Source of the DNA: Enoplolaimus lenunculus
Taxonomy: Eukaryota
Direction: 5' to 3'
Assembly: GCA_030248215.1 (NCBI GenBank)
Contig: JASANG010000424.1
Coordinates: forward strand, 186,001 to 250,000
Length of the DNA stretch: 64,000 nt
This document shows positions 63,052 through 64,000 of this stretch, one piece after another; position 1 is the first letter of the stretch; each line of letters starts with the position of its first letter. The notes under the pieces are model-generated. The model did not search any database, had not been told where the DNA came from, and worked only from the letters and a program-made list of their open reading frames with translations. Made by a program: the position numbers and the translations under genes.

Positions 63052-63975
63052 AACGGGGGAAGCTTGGAACACGTTTTGCCCAAGTTGATTTGACGTCAAC
63101 ATAAAATTTTGAGATCTGAATAGCGGTTATGTAGACAAACCGTGAATGTCACATGACATTAACTTACAAACCACTGATCTCAAGCGATCATCGTACACAA
63201 ATAGCCATTTGTTATATGATATATACTGCGAGAAATTTCTGTGAATATCATATGATATTCCAAAATTCTACTAAATATATGATATTATACAAGACAATGG
63301 AATTTGTGCGCGCTAATAAAACAGTAAAAAGTAAGATAATGCAGCATTAAATGATTTCGAAAGTTGAAATAATAGCTTCTACGATTTTGTTTCTCGCTGA
63401 ATTTTTCCCAAAATATATTCCTAAGTACAAATAATTCAAATTTCAAATTTTAGTATCATATGACATTCTACAAGACAATCAAGCTGATTTACCACAACTT
63501 TGCAGACATTTTCAAAGATATCATATCATACTCGCAGACAATATTTGGAATATCATATGATATTGCAGACAAACAGTAGATGTCACATCAGGATAGCAGA
63601 CAATTCAAATCTTTTGAATCTGATAGCGGAAAAACAATCAGACAAAATGTTACAAGCAATAGTCATAGGGACAAAACGTGTTCCAGGCTGCCCCAGACAC
63701 GGTACAACCGGGGCAGCTTGTAACACGTTTTGTCCCTGAGACTATTGGGTAAGATTTTGTCTGCTTGTAGACCCCATGTTGTATACAAAAATTTGTATTT
63801 GTCCGCTAGTTTTGTTCTTCAATATAATATGATACTCGAGGTATTGTCTGCTAATATCATAAAAGATATATTTTCAAATGTCTCCATGCTTGAGGTAAAC
63901 ATACCCAAGTTGTTCTGTTGAATATATGTATATGTGGTACTAGAATGTGAAATTTAGAATTTTTGAATTATGAAG
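63052..63975. mobile_element. Family E repeat copies arranged back to back
   Basis: End motif ggggcagcttgg-acacgttttgtccc at ~63057, inverted at 63668-63694 and again at 63709-63736; body homologous to ~16460-16746. Confidence 0.6.
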
Positions 63976-64000
63976 CTGTGGTTAGAGATTTTGTGTCGGA

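Overview
This is eukaryotic, AT-rich, intron-containing DNA and not a prokaryotic window. Abundant TTAGGC hexamers and TTTTCAG/TTTTAG splice acceptors point to a nematode; a basal, repeat-rich clade I lineage is only a guess. By joining GT-AG exons in matching phase I reconstruct six genes, most of which the ORF track fragments or misses: (1) the 3' end of an unknown gene (471-1564, +); (2) a 17-exon, ~1808-aa ARS2/SRRT-like gene with a very long low-complexity, RS-rich N-terminus and no C-terminal tail (2716-15010, +); (3) a 5-exon TGF-beta-family ligand whose cystine knot lacks almost the whole wrist/alpha-3 helix (22151-27310, +); (4) a 5-exon TMEM9-like gene (29320-33348, +); (5) a 7-exon SETD9-like gene (~44572-50539, +); (6) a 7-exon UDP-glycosyltransferase (61489-51202, -). 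Introns and intergenic DNA are packed with non-autonomous DNA transposons (MITEs) of at least eight families. Several carry telomere-like TTAGGC cores that have seeded 40- and 42-bp satellites. There is also a solo LTR nested in a tRNA-like segment of a piggyBac-type MITE. No CRISPR array, rRNA, intact tRNA or transposase was found. All gene models were read by eye and have no transcript support.
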